A stretch of 64,000 nt of DNA, taken from assembly GCA_026936335.1 (NCBI GenBank), contig JAPMXV010000056.1, positions 310,001 through 374,000 of the forward strand, given 5' to 3'. The first letter of the stretch is position 1; each line of letters begins with the position of its first letter. Of this stretch, positions 50,980 through 63,336 are shown piece after piece. A program made the translations under genes and the position numbers. The DNA is from Mantamonas sphyraenae STR306. Its lineage: Eukaryota; Protista; CRuMs. The notes below the pieces were generated by a model. It was given only the letters and a program-made list of their open reading frames with translations. It did not search any database and was not told where the DNA came from.

Positions 50980-52563
50980 TCACGCACTGCTGCCGCTCAC
51001 GTCCAACACACGCTTTTCCACCGACGACACGGGTGCCAGCAGCATCTCGCCCTGGGCCAGGCTGTCGAAAAACTCAAACACAACGTCGATGATGAGCATT
51101 CCACGCGGCGAACCTTCCACGACCACGCCCGGTTGGTATGCGGTCAGACCATCGCCGCCCGTGTGCAGAAACTCGGTAATGGCGATGGTGTACTCGGCCT
51201 CCAGGTCCATGGGCGTGCGTCCTTCATCCAGGTCTGTGGTCGACTCTGCTTCCAGTTCGTCTTTGCGCAGCACATACTCGTCCACACCGCCGGCGAATGT
51301 GCGTGTACCGTGCTCCGGAGCGAGATACAGAGCACGCATGCGACTTCCCGGCTCTGCGCCTTCGTCGTAGCGCACCACAAAGCCGCTGACCTGTGGAAAG
51401 GCGCCACTTTTCAACGGCGCCGCTGCAAGTTGCTGCTCCATGGCCTCCCAAATCTGCTGGCCCTTGATACGCACCATCACAGCCGGTGCAGTGAAGGGGA
51501 GTTCCGTGGCCATGTGGGCACGCGTCATTGTGGTGCCCGCAGGGTAGGTGACGTCGCCTCGGATAAAGCCGCCGTTGATCATGCCCAGATCGGCGCCCAT
51601 ACGCAGGCGCATGGCATCTGCAATCATGCTGCCCATTGACGAGCTGCGTGTGCGCACCACACTGCTCAGAGAGTGCATGTCCTGTCCAATGTGCAGCGGC
51701 AGCGCTGCGTCCGGGTTGTCCACGCTCACCCGATACTGCTTTACCACCTCCAGCAGCTCCTCGTCCGCCTCTTCGTCTGCGTTCAGCGCAAACCTCCAAT
51801 CGTAGTCGATGCGCGCAACCTCTCCTTTCGCCCCGCGTCGCACGTGCGCGTCGATGCGGCCCAGCCAGTACGCGTTTTGTCCGCACTTGACAATCAGCGT
51901 CTTGTCGCCCACAATCTCGCTAAAGGGCTCGTGTACGTGGCCTCCCAGAATCAGGTCAATTTGTGGCAGCTTGCGTGCCAACTGCCGGTCCTCGTTGTTG
52001 CTCAGGTGCGTGTATGCCACCACAAACTCTGCCCCGTCCGCTTGCAGCTGCGCCACGCACCTCTCCGCCGTCTCCAGAATGTCTGCAAACACAACTGCCT
52101 CGCTGGGTGACGACAGCTTGGGAGTCATGAGCGTGCACACGCCAAAGAAGCCCACCTTGACGCCTTGCACCTCCTCCACGTTTGTGTCCACGCATCCAGG
52201 CAGCAGGGCGTCCTCCAGCAGCACATTCGACCCATACCACATGAACGACGACTCGGCCATCCGTTCCATCAGCACCGTTTCTCCGTAGTCAAACTCGTGA
52301 TTGCCCAGCACCACCTTGTCTACGCCCATCCGTTCAAACAGTTCCACCATGTGCGCGCCTTTGTACTTGTTCGCCGCCGCCGACGCACTCAGAAAGTCGC
52401 CGCACACAGACACGACAGGCGTCTTGCACGTCTCTCGTTCTCGTTTCAGCATCGTTTGCATCTGTGGCAGGCCGCCCTTGCCCTGCACGGGCTCCAGCGC
52501 GTACACATCGTTGATGGTCAGAAACGTTACCACGCTCTTTTCCGCATTTTCCTTGACACTCAT
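50980..52563 (-). CDS. 5'-nucleotidase/apyrase family (calcineurin-like metallophosphoesterase + 5'-NT C-terminal domain)
   Basis: TINDVY, GDFLS, LGNHEFDYG, YTH, LILGGHVHE, INGGFIRG, ELPF, GAFPQVSG, GGDG. No signal peptide. Confidence 0.92.
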   Translation of the reverse strand: MSVKENAEKSVVTFLTINDVYALEPVQGKGGLPQMQTMLKRERETCKTPVVSVCGDFLSASAAANKYKGAHMVELFERMGVDKVVLGNHEFDYGETVLMERMAESSFMWYGSNVLLEDALLPGCVDTNVEEVQGVKVGFFGVCTLMTPKLSSPSEAVVFADILETAERCVAQLQADGAEFVVAYTHLSNNEDRQLARKLPQIDLILGGHVHEPFSEIVGDKTLIVKCGQNAYWLGRIDAHVRRGAKGEVARIDYDWRFALNADEEADEELLEVVKQYRVSVDNPDAALPLHIGQDMHSLSSVVRTRSSSMGSMIADAMRLRMGADLGMINGGFIRGDVTYPAGTTMTRAHMATELPFTAPAVMVRIKGQQIWEAMEQQLAAAPLKSGAFPQVSGFVVRYDEGAEPGSRMRALYLAPEHGTRTFAGGVDEYVLRKDELEAESTTDLDEGRTPMDLEAEYTIAITEFLHTGGDGLTAYQPGVVVEGSPRGMLIIDVVFEFFDSLAQGEMLLAPVSSVEKRVLDVSGSSA

Positions 52564-52720
52564 TCGCCCACGCTGTCTCCTTTCTGTGTACTGTGCTATG
52601 TATTGTCTATGTATGCGCGTCTCTGTCACTGATTCCTGTCTCTGGGAGCGTGCAGGTGGTTTTGCGCAGTGGGACGAAAAGGTGGGTTTGCGCTTTTGAT
52701 TGGCATGGCACGCGCTGGCT

Positions 52721-53812
52721 TCACTGAAGAGCGCACGACGACACACACGATGACTGGCCCGCTTGGCCATGTTTGTTGCCCTCTCCCTCCAGTGCATCCT
52801 CGTCGCTGCCATCCCAGGAGCTGCCCAGCCAGCAAAGGATGCGAGCCATCACCTCGTCCGGCACTGTCGTCCACTGGCCAGCAGACTCATATCCCTCCAT
52901 CCCACCTGCCTCAAACATCCTCTCTCTCTCCTCCATATTCATCACCAGCGCCGTCTCCACCTGGACATCCATCCGTGGCGACACGCGCCAGTGTTCGCGT
53001 GCGCTCCATGCGTCCAGCGTCAGACCGTCCAACAACTCCACGCACTCTTGGTTCCGCCTCATCCAAGTGGCCAACTCCCGCCGCTTCCATCCTTTGATCA
53101 GCGATCTGCACACCAGCGGCTTGCGGATGCCAAAACTCAGCGGCTGTTCGATTGCCATGTCCTTGCGACGCACACACGCGAGCAACAGAAGCACTGGCAC
53201 TCCCTGTAACGCCGCAAACGTGCATTCCACAAGCCCGTTGTCGCTCATGAGCACGTCCAGCATCGCTGCGTTGCGGTGCCGTTCCAAACCCCTCACAGCC
53301 GTCTCCAGCGGCGTGTCCAGCGCACTGCCAGCCTCAAAGTACCGTGGCACACCCATATCCAATAGATCCTGCACTTCCTCCACGTTGTTGTCCGCCACAG
53401 CTTCCATCAATTCTGTGCGAAGCCTCCGATTCCGCAGGAGGTGGAGATGCAGCCACTCCGACTCCTCCACGTCTCCAATTTGCAGTTCCACCATGGCTGC
53501 GTTCAATGTCAACGCATACGCCATCTCGCTGGCAACGTCCTCGCTCAAGTCGCCCAGCAGTTGCAGCTGCTCCACGGCGCTTCCCTGTCGCACCGCCTCC
53601 ACAAACACCAAGGCCGCCTCGTCCGACGCCACGCGCACGCTCACTCGTCGCAGAGTGTCGTGGGCCATCCATCGCGCAACTTCCTCAGCCTCTTCCACGT
53701 CGATCGTGCCTATTCCACGCAAATCCAGCCACGTTGCGCTTCCGTCGTCCAGGTTTGCCACCTTGCCCGTCGGCAGCTTCCTACGCATGTGCTGAACCCG
53801 TGCGCTGTCCAT
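52721..53812 (-). CDS. Hypothetical protein with degenerate RNI-like LRRs and an ankyrin-like repeat
   Basis: Intronless ORF with coding-like composition. LMEAVADNNVEEVQDLLDMG..TPLETAV is ankyrin-like, and WLDLRGIG/EQLQLLG are LRR-like. Confidence 0.5.
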   Translation of the reverse strand: MDSARVQHMRRKLPTGKVANLDDGSATWLDLRGIGTIDVEEAEEVARWMAHDTLRRVSVRVASDEAALVFVEAVRQGSAVEQLQLLGDLSEDVASEMAYALTLNAAMVELQIGDVEESEWLHLHLLRNRRLRTELMEAVADNNVEEVQDLLDMGVPRYFEAGSALDTPLETAVRGLERHRNAAMLDVLMSDNGLVECTFAALQGVPVLLLLACVRRKDMAIEQPLSFGIRKPLVCRSLIKGWKRRELATWMRRNQECVELLDGLTLDAWSAREHWRVSPRMDVQVETALVMNMEERERMFEAGGMEGYESAGQWTTVPDEVMARILCWLGSSWDGSDEDALEGEGNKHGQAGQSSCVSSCALQ

Positions 53813-53920
53813 CCTCTCTTCTACTGTACAGGCGGCACCTACCGACACCTGTTGTGCGCAAGCAAGGAGGGGCAAACCGGTTTTGTTTGGTCCGACGCGA
53901 CCGCACACACTCTCCGTGCA

Positions 53921-54691
53921 CTATGATGTGTCCCACGTCTCCACCATTTCGCCAATCTCCTTCCACACACCCAGCTCCTCCTTGACGCGCTCCAACCAGT
54001 TGCACACGCGTTCAAACGCGTCCACGTTGATGTCGCTTGTGGTCAGCGCCAACTCCAGCCAGCTGGCTACCGCCACGTCGGCGATGCTCGCCTGTTGATT
54101 GGCTACAAACTTGTGCTCGCCCAGCTGTGCCTCCAGCCATGTGAATGCGGCTAGAATCTGGTCGTTGCACTCTTCAGCCTTCCCTTCCTCTGCCTCTTCG
54201 CTGTCCTGCAGCAACCTCAGTGCCACTGTGGGTTCTCGCAGCTCACGCAGCGCCCAGTCCAACACTGCGTCCACCTCTGCACGCTTTCGCACATCCATGG
54301 GATAGTGTGTACCGCCCTGCTCGTGTGTCGTGTCCCCGATAAACCGGAGCATCGTGTTGCTGCTTCCCCGCAGCACCAGGTTCGAGCTATGGCCCGGCTG
54401 CGTATCCAGTCGCGGAAACCGCTCTCCCAACTCAAAGGGCGATTCGCCCAGCTTGGTGTCCTCCACAGGAACCACTTTGTTTGACCCCTTGCTCTTTCCT
54501 TGAGTGCGACCCTCCCCTTCGTTGCCCACACCTCCGTCCGCAACAGTCTCCACGCTGATCTCCACGTCGTTGGCCAGGCACAGATTGTACACAGCCAGCA
54601 CATCTCCCAGCAACTCTGGCCGCTTGCCGTCCACCAGCAAGCGCATTTGGACGTTGCTGGCGACAAGAAAGGATTGGCCAAACGGGGGCAT
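53921..54691 (-). CDS. Glutathione S-transferase-like domain protein
   Basis: GSSNTMLRFI, YPMDVRKRAEVDAVLDW, LEAQLGEHKFVANQQASIADVAV (N-capping box S-x-A-D), NWLERV. The start could be 54646. Confidence 0.7.
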   Translation of the reverse strand: MPPFGQSFLVASNVQMRLLVDGKRPELLGDVLAVYNLCLANDVEISVETVADGGVGNEGEGRTQGKSKGSNKVVPVEDTKLGESPFELGERFPRLDTQPGHSSNLVLRGSSNTMLRFIGDTTHEQGGTHYPMDVRKRAEVDAVLDWALRELREPTVALRLLQDSEEAEEGKAEECNDQILAAFTWLEAQLGEHKFVANQQASIADVAVASWLELALTTSDINVDAFERVCNWLERVKEELGVWKEIGEMVETWDTS

Positions 54692-54789
54692 GCCATTTCA
54701 TTTCACAAAAACATTTGTTTTTCAATGCCACAATGCCACTCACTGTGGAAGCAACACACACGCACGCTCCCACTCCCGTTTCCCCAGGC

Positions 54790-55449
54790 TCACATGTCCC
54801 CGTGCACCTGGACCCCGTGCACTGTGCAGAACGACTCGTAGCCGTTCTCAATCACAAACTTGAGGTACTTGGCAGGCATCCGGTTCAGTTGATGCGTCTC
54901 CATCACCATGTCCCCTTCCCGGTCTGCCAGTTCCACCGTAAACACCGTTTCAAACGAGTCTGGCTCCCCGCTATCGCTTCGCTCCACCGTCAGCGTTTTT
55001 ACTGTGTGTCCAGCACACGTGGACGACCCACAACACCACAGTCCAATGTCCGTCGCCGTGGATCCGTGTTTTGTGTTGCATGTGCCCATCTCTCGGTGTC
55101 AGTCTTCCTGTGGCTTTGGCACGTGCGCCCAACGCGTCGTTGATGATCGCGCCCGTTTTCGCTGCGCCCTCACTCTTATTTCTCCACTGCCCAATTGCCA
55201 CCACCCATGCCTTCCACGATTCCCCCTCCCCTCTCTCGGTTCCTTCCACCTACCATTGGTGGTCACCGTCTTGATGTTCTGCACCTCGGCCACGCCGGCC
55301 AGCGCCACGACAAACTCCTGCGGGTACATCCCCGTGCTGCTCCAGTACGACGTTTCGTCGTCATCGATCATGTTCTCCGGCGGGTGCTTTTCGTCGTACG
55401 ACGTGGCAAGCACAATCGACCCTCCTGCAGATTCCAGTGCAAGATCCAT
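54790..55449 (-). CDS. IFT25: Intraflagellar transport protein 25 (HSPB11)
   Basis: ATSYDEKHPPENMID..YWSSTGMYPQEFVV, LKFVIENGYESFCTVH. One intron. Confidence 0.93.
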
Positions 55450-55542
55450 GTCACAACAAGAAGCGGGGGAAAGAAGCCGTTGTTTGCGTCCGGCGGCGCG
55501 CCAAAAAACCGTTTCCACGCACAGCCGCGAAACACACTCAAT

Positions 55543-56117
55543 CTACACTTCATTGTTGCTCATCAACCTGTCAATCGTCTGCTTCTGGGTCTGTTCAACC
55601 TTGAGCAGTGCGTCGTACTGCGCTTGCAGCCTGTGGTGAAAACCCGCCAAGCACCGCGCAGCACAGCGTGAGCTCCCCCGATCTCTCTCCTCCTTTCCCC
55701 TCCCTCTCTTCCCTCCCACGGCTCCCCTCACCTTTCCAGCTCTTGCTTTTTGTCGTTGTACTGTGCGTCCAGCTCGGCTTCAAGCCGCCTGCGCCGCTCC
55801 TGCTCGCTGTGAAGCCTGTTTGCTTGGCCAATGGCCTTCAGCTTCAGCTGCTCCACCTTGCCCCCCTGCTCGTTGATCAGCTTTACAAACTCATCCGTCA
55901 CGTTGTTGAACTCTCCGATTTCTGCGTGGTGTGTGTGTGTGTGCACGGCGCGAGTGAGTCAGCGCTTGCTATGTGCTGGCCGAGGCGAGCTCTCCCCCAT
56001 CAACCTACTCGACACAAACTGGTCGCACGACTCGCTCAGTTTGATTGAATCGTCGAAAACCTGCGGGTCCAGAAGTCGGATGTTGAACTGGTCGTCAAAC
56101 GTAATGTCGTCGCCCAT
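55543..56117 (-). CDS. IFT20: Intraflagellar transport protein 20 (2 introns)
   Basis: ITFDDQFNIRLLDP, C..FV|SKI, VEQLKLKAIG..N, KKQELER|LQAQYDALLKVEQTQ. Confidence 0.93.
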
Positions 56118-56218
56118 GCCGCCTTTGCTCCTGGTATTAGGTTGCTTTGTTTTGCCTGCTCCCGCGGCCCCACCGCAAATCACACACCGTTCATCCCCAC
56201 CCCCGTCCAGGATCAAAT

Positions 56219-57453
56219 ATGGTTTCTGACCAGGTCCAAGGTCTGCTGGGCGCCCTCATCGCCATCGTCTGCTTCGGCTCCAACTACGTGTTCATCAAGG
56301 GCCGGCCTGTCGGCGATGGCATCATTGTGCAGTGGGCCATGGCCAACGGCATCCTCCTTACGGGTCTTGTGGCCACCATTGCCAGTGGCACCTTTGTCTT
56401 TGAGCTTTCCGGCCTTCTCGGAGGCGCCCTGTGGGCATGCGGCAACGCAATGGTCCCGCTCATCATCCGCTACATTGGCCTGGGCCTGGGCCTGCTTCTC
56501 TGGAGCGGCTCCAACCTCATTATGGGTTGGGCTGCAGGCCGCTTTGGCTTCTTTGGCATCCCCATTGTGAGTGGAGTCTGTGGGCGCCTTGTTCCCGGCA
56601 CGATTCCCCCATTTCCCGCTCCTGCAGCAAGGTTCCCACGCTCACACGCGTACGCACTCCCCTGATCACCCCAACTTTGTCCGTCCGCACTCAACTCGTA
56701 CCCAATGACCTCGTGGGCACCCTGTAGAAACCACTCGACCTGCCCGTGCTCAACTACATTGGTGCGGCGACGGGCCTTGTGTCGCTCGTCGTCTACTTTT
56801 TCATCAAGCCCACCGTCAGTGACGAGACCCTCACCGTGGAGGGCGGCAGCGAGTTTGCTCGCATCGGCACCAACGTCGAACAGGACTTGATCCGCCAGTC
56901 CATCACACAGGATCAAAGCATCCAGGCTGGCTACTCGCTGAAGAATGCAGAGGATGCAGCTCGACACCGCCGCCTGATGGGCATCGGCATGGCCATGCTG
57001 GCCGGCGGCGTGTTTTACGGCTTTTGCATGATCCCTTTCCAGCTGTGGTACGAGACCAAAGGCCAGGCTCAAGGTGTGCCTCCTGTGGCCTTTGCCTTTT
57101 GCCACTTTACAGGCATCTGGCTCCTCAGCACCCTCCTCATGGTCGTGTACATCGCCCTCCGTCGCAACCAGCCTACTGTGTATTCCAGCACCTTGCTGCC
57201 TGGATTTGTCAGCGGCGCCGTCTGGGGAATTGCTCAGGCCTCATGGTTTGTCACCAACGCCCACCTCAACATGGATGTCGGCTACCCGCTGGTCACCATC
57301 GGACCCTGCATCGTCTCCTCCATGTGGAGCATTTTCTACTACAAGGAGATCCAAGGAAAGCACAACCTGTCCGTTCTGGCCGCCGGCATGTTGCTCAACG
57401 TGGCCTGCATCGTCTTGACGCTGCTCAGCAAAATTGGCACCTCTGGTCTCTGA
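56219..57453 (+). CDS. TMEM144: TMEM144-family DMT-superfamily transporter
   Basis: CFGSNYV..GDG..QW, GGALWACGN..VP.I..IGLGLGLLLW, GWAAGRFGFFG, PGFVSGAVWGIAQ.SWF, GYP..GP..WSIFYYKEI. One intron. Confidence 0.9.
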
Positions 57454-57522
57454 GGAGAAGGAGGAGGAGGAGGAGGAGAAGAAGGAGCATCTCAACAATG
57501 ACTGTACATTCTACTTTCCCGT

Positions 57523-59395
57523 TTACGCCTCATCTCCCTCGTCTTCCAGCAGTTCATCACCAAAGCGTGCGAGGGCGTCCAGTTCACGCTCTGCTTCACC
57601 CGATCCGCCGGCCTCGGCTGCTGCGCGTGCCTGCGCTGTGCCGCCCATACCCATGCGCTCGTACTGACGCAGCGTTGCCAGCACAGTGTTGCGCTCTTGC
57701 TGCACGTTGCGCAGCTGCAGTTCCTTCTGAGCAAGCCGTTCTTCCAAGTACTCTGTCTTTGCGCGTTCCTCTGCACTCGCATCCATCTTGCGTCGCTCCA
57801 TGTCTCGCTCCAAAGTGCGTGCGTTGATTGTGGCCTTTGTCAGCTCCTTCTTCAGTTCAGCGTTCTCCAGCCTCAGTTTGCGCTCGCGCTCCTCGGCCTC
57901 ATCGCTCTGCTCTCGGGCAAGTTCTGCCAGCGCCTCACGGTGAATGCGTCGCTCTTCCTCCAACTGTGCGTACACCTCGTCCATACGCTCGCGGTGTTTC
58001 TTGTTCTCCTTTCCGCTGCTTTCGTGGATCAGCTTCAAGCGCTCCACTTCGCTGCGTTTGGATCCCAGTTCCCGCTTCAGCTCGCCAATCTCCTCCTTGT
58101 ACGCTTCCAGCTGCTTGGCAACACTGTTGCGTACAGCTTCCACTTGCGACTGAGTCTGGTTCTGCTCCTGCGACCGCTGTGCCAGCAGCATATCCCGCTC
58201 TCCCCGCAGCCGCTCCACTTCTGTTCGCAGCAAGCGAGTCATGCGACCGTGTCCGGCACCACCTTCGTTGTCATCGCTTTCGTCGCCACTTCCGCTGCCG
58301 CCCTGCTGGCCGCGCTTTGCCTGTTCGACTACCTTGCGCTTCCACATGCCGTCCAGCACACGCAGCCGGCTTTGCATGAACGACAGCCGCTCGACGTATG
58401 TCGACACCGTCACCATGCCTTCCTTCAGCTGCGCTTCCACTGTTCGCAGACCTGCCTCGCGTCGCTGGATGGCCACCATGGCCTGGCGCACGAGTTGCTT
58501 TTCGCGGTGCGCCTGGGTCGTCGCCTGCTCTTGCGAAAGCTCCAACTTGGCCACCTGCGTCTTGAGTTTCTTGCTCACGCTGCATTCCAGTTCCAATTCG
58601 GCCTGCAGACCGACTGCAGTCTGGTGTAGCACCTCGCGTGTGGCTTCCAGCGTCGTGATTTCCTGTGCGGCTTCACCCAGCCTTCCCGTCAGCTCGTCCA
58701 CCTTGTTGCGCAGGGTCAACTCGTCTGTCTTGTGTGCAACCATGAGTTCAAAGACCTTTTCGCGCCAGCGTGTCACCAGTCGCTCCTCTGTTTCTGCCTT
58801 GCTCACGCCATCCTGGCGCGCGGCGGCAATGTCGCCCTCCTGCACACGAAGGATCTGCTGCAGTGCCTCGGTGCGTGTCTTGAGCAGATCCACCTGCGTT
58901 TGAAGCGCTTCCTTCTCCTCTTGCAACTTGTCGACCTGTGCCGCACTCAGCAGCGCCTCCGAGCCCGTCGTCTTGGTCGAGTTGGGGAAGTACGCCTTGA
59001 AGTTGTTGACCAGGCGTCGCTCCTCCTCCAGCTGTGTCTCAAGCTGCTTGATCTGCTCCTGCAGGTCCTTTTGTACCGCAGCGGCCTCCATCTGCACGGA
59101 CTCCACCTGCAGAGCGAGCTTTTCGTTGGCTCGCTTCACATCAAGCATCTCTGCTGTTGTCTTGCGTCCTTGCTCCCTGTGCTGCGACAGGCGTTCGTTG
59201 GCGTCTTTCAGTCGTCCTTGCAGCTCGTCCATCTGTTCTTGCATCTCTGCCATGCCAGCATCGTCCTGGTACACAACTTGCGGCTTGTCGTTCTCCTTGT
59301 CTCCCAAGTGTCTTGCCATCGACTCGAGCTGCTGCATGAGCTGCGCATTGGTTTGCTCCAGGGTACGCAGACGAGCGTCGTTTGCGTTCCACTGG

Positions 59396-59430
<35 letters not shown>

Positions 59431-62400
59431 TCCAGTGCTGGCCCGCAGCAGTTCGTTCAGCTGCGCCTCCAGCCTCTCCATACGGGCGTTCTCCACCGAC
59501 GACGAGCTCATGGACATGCTTGGGAAAGTGTGTTGCTGTTGCTGCTGCTGCTGCTGTTGTTGCTGCTGCGCGTGCGCACGTTCTGTCATCTGCAGCTGCG
59601 TTTCCAGTTGTTGTGTCTTGCCCTTGGCTTGGATGAGTTCGATCTCCAGATCCCGGTTGCGTTGTTGCAGCGTCGCATTGTCCGTCTGAGCGGTGTTGAG
59701 GAGGGATTGCAAGTGTTGCACCTGCTGCTGCTCCATCCAGGAGTTTTGTTGCGGCTGCATCTGCGCTTGCGGAGCTGCCATGCTTTGGTTGGCCATGCCC
59801 GAGGCACTTGTTCGTGTGGAGCTGCTCTGCAGCTCTTGGGTCTCACGCTGCATGCGTTGCAAGCGTTCACGTGCAGCCTGAAGTTGCACCTGAGCGTCGC
59901 GCTGCACATCGTCCACAGTCTGCTCCAGCGACACCACCTGACGCTGCAGGCGCTTGATGTTTTGCTGGGCGGTGAACAGCTCGTTCTCCACCTCTTCCTT
60001 TTCCTCCACGGCAGCGCGCAACTTGTCCTTGGCCTCGCGCTTGGCCTTTTCCAGCTCTTTCGCCGGGACGGTGAGTTCATCTGCCACGAAGCTCAGTTCC
60101 TGCTGTTGCTGTTGATGCTGCTGTGTCTGTCTGTGCGTAGCAGCTTCGGCGGCTGCCTGTAGAGCCTGCTGCAGGCGTTCGACCTCAGCTTCGAGAGTCT
60201 CTTGCGTGCGCGTAGCCATCTTCTCGGCTGCTTCCAGTTCGCGCACACGCAAAGTCTTGTCCTGAACCTGTGCACTGAGCTCCATCACAGCCCGGCTTTT
60301 CTCCTCGCGCATGGTTTCCACCGTGCTGCGCATCTGCTCCCGCAGAGAATCTGCAAGTTCGGTCTTGGCCTCGGCCTCTTGCGACGCCTTGGCCAGACGC
60401 GCTTCGCTTGCTTCCAGTTCAGCTTGCAGAGTGTCTGAAGCGCGCTGCAGTGCCTCTTTCTCCCGCCTCTCGTCCTTGAGGTCATCCTGGGCCTCTGTGA
60501 GGTAAGTTCGCAGTTGCTCCAAGGTCTTTGTGTTCTCCTCAAACTGTTTGGACAGCGATTCGTGGTTGCGAGACAGCTCTTGGTAGCCGCGATCACCCTG
60601 ACTGAGGGTGGACTGCAACTGGTCGTTGGACTCCTCCAGTTTCGTGATCTTGTTGCGCGCCTTTGCCAGGTCCAGCGAGCGCTGCTCGAGCTCCTCTTGC
60701 ATGGTTTCCACCTGCTTGCTGGCCTGCAACTGCTCGGCGGATGCATCAGCCAGCTGGCTCTCCAAATTGCGGATGCGGTCGAGATCTTGCTTGACGGCGT
60801 ACTCGAGCTGCTGGTTGCGCGCACGAGTCTTTTGGTACAGTCCTGGGAGCTTCATGAGCTCGGCCTTTGTGCGCTGGAGGCCGTCTAGGGTTTGCGTCAC
60901 TTCGCGTTGCTTCTCTTGCAGCGCCTTGTTTGCGGTGAGCGCTTGGTCGAGCTGCTTGGCCAAGGAAGCGTTTTTGGCCTCCATGTCGGCGAGCTTCTGG
61001 CTGGTGCTCTCTGCATTGCCCTGGCTGACCTTGCGCTGCTCCACGAGGACGTTGAGTTGGGCCTGCAGACGCTTGAGCTCCTCCTCCTGGGCGGCACTCT
61101 GCAGTTGCAGCGTGTCTGCGCGCTTGCGCTGGGACACAGCCACCGTGCCGGACGAAGCCAGCTTGTGCACGTGGTCCTCCTGCTCCTCCTTGAGCTGTGC
61201 AATCTTGTCGCGCAGCTGCTTGGTCAGGGCAGGAAGCTTGACCAAGTGTGCGTGCTGGCCCTGTAGGGCATCGAGGGCCTCCTGTGTCTGAACACGGCGC
61301 TGCGTCTCGGCCGTCAGCTGCTCTTCGGTGGCATGCAGCTGGGTGGTGAGCGACTGAATGCGTTCCTCGAGCACGCGCTTGCCCTCCATGGTAGTGTGCA
61401 GCTGTTTGTTAACAATGGCAGTTTGCTCGCGCAGTACGTTGACCTGCTGGTCGAGGCTGTTTGCTCGCTGCAGCGAGGTGAGCATGTTGCTGCCCGTGCT
61501 CTCCAGCTGCTTTTGCGTCTCTTCGCGCTCCCTCATGAGGGCGTCCTTGCTGGTCTGCGCTTCTTCTTGCAGTTCGCGAAACTTTTTGAAGGCCATGCGC
61601 TGAAAGACCTCCATGCGGCGCACCTGGTCGCGAAGCTCGCGGTTCTCTTTGTCGTGGGTCGTGGTGGCCTCTTGCAGCCGTGCGTTTTCCGAGCGCAGCG
61701 AAAGCATCTCGTTCTGCTGCTTCTCGAGCTGGTCGAGCATTTCGAGCTGCTTCATCTTGCTCTTGTGAGCCTGTTCTGTGTGCTGGCGCATCTGTTGAAC
61801 CTGATCGAGCAGCTCCTCGTTGTCATTCTGCAGCTTGGCGAGCTGGGCCTGGGTCTGGGCAAGCTTCTGCTGCACAGAGACGGAAGAATCGACACTGAGG
61901 GAAAGGGAGTCGGCTGGGTGGGTGACGCTGGAGCTGGTGGAGGCGGTGGCCGGCTGGTTGCGCTGCCATTGCTTGCGCTTGCGCTTGGCGGTGGCCTGCA
62001 ACAGCTCTGGGTCCTGGGAAGGCTGTGGATCCTCGGGCGTGTTCGGGTACAAGGTTTTGATGTACTCGCTGCTGTCGTCGTCGTCATCGTCGTCATCATC
62101 ACCGTCGCGGCCATCTGTCTTGGAATCGTGCGGGCGACCCTCGTCGGACGGAGTGCTGGCCGGGGAAATGATGGGGTTGTGAGAGGAGGAGGAGGAAGAG
62201 GTGGAGGCGTTGGTGGGTTGGTTTTTGCCAGCAAGGGAGGTTGTGCTGGAGGAGGTGTCCTCGGGAGAGATGGACTGAACGGGTTGCGGCACGGTGTTCT
62301 CTTCAGGGCTTTGGTCGAGCTCGGAGGTGTGCTTGACGTCGTGGCGATCCGGCCTCGAAGCGGGCTGAGGCGTGCGAAGAGAGGGCCTGAGATCGCTGAC

Positions 62401-63278
62401 AGACGAGTCTGTGCTGGAAGAGCTTGCGGTGGAGGCGTGTGTGTCTGCGACGCGGTGGAGGGCGGAGGAAGAGGGAGGTGTGGCCGGGGGAGGTGAGGAT
62501 GCGACGGAGGACTCGTCGTCTGCTTGCATGAGGGCGACGACACGGCGCTCGTCGTCATCGACGGGTTGACCATCGAGAGAGTCGAGGTGTGTGAGGAGCG
62601 AGAGGACGAGATAGCGGTAGTTTGTAGAGTCGCAGACCGGATTGCCTGAAAGAGTGAGCTCTTGCAAGCCAGGGAGGTCCTGGAGGGCACCGAGCTGCTC
62701 GATATCGCTGATGTGGTTGTTTTGAAGGTCGAGGGTGCGGATGTTGGGTGCGCCCGAGAGGTCGCCGAGAGTTTCACTGGAGGTGCGGGGGAGAAAGCGT
62801 GTCAACGGATTTTGGCGCGTACAATTTGCGCGGGCTTGTGGCGCGGAAGGGCGTAGGCGGGCAACGGGAAGGTGGAAGGTGCTGGGCATTGGCAAAGAGG
62901 GGCACAGAGGGGCACTTGACACACACGAGGCATGGAGAGAGCGGATGGGCAGATTGGGGCGGTGTGGAGTGGGCGGGAAAGCACGGCGGCGGATTGGCGC
63001 GAAGGAGAGGCTGCGCGGTGTGGGTGGTCGTGCGGGCTGGTAAATGGGACGCACATTGCATTGTTGCCAAGGTAGAGCTCGGTGAGGCTGGGCATGTCGT
63101 CTGTGATGGAGAGGGTTGTGAAGCGGTTGGAGGCGAGGTTGAGCTTGGCGAGTTTGTCAAGAGGCGCCAAGTTTGCAATCTTGCTGATCTCGTTGGAGGA
63201 GAGGTTGAGGGAGGTGACGTTTGCATATTTTGTGCGGATCTCCGAGACCAGCACCTTTGTGATTTTCTGGATGGTCAT
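57523..63278 (-). CDS. Large N-terminal LRR + coiled-coil protein with a CCHCR1-like C-terminus (probably centrosomal/basal body)
   Basis: SDS22-like LRRs (LNLSSNEI, LNLASNRF, LYLGNN, LDLQNNHI, LTLSGNPV) and an LRRcap (YRYLVLSLLTHLDSLDG). About 1400 aa of heptads follow, containing LVTRWREKVFELMV. Intron 62777-63054. Confidence 0.75.
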
Positions 63279-63336
63279 GGCCAGAGGTGCGGTTTTTGGG
63301 TTGGCGGAGAAAACGGCGCCAGCGCGCGAAAGTGAA

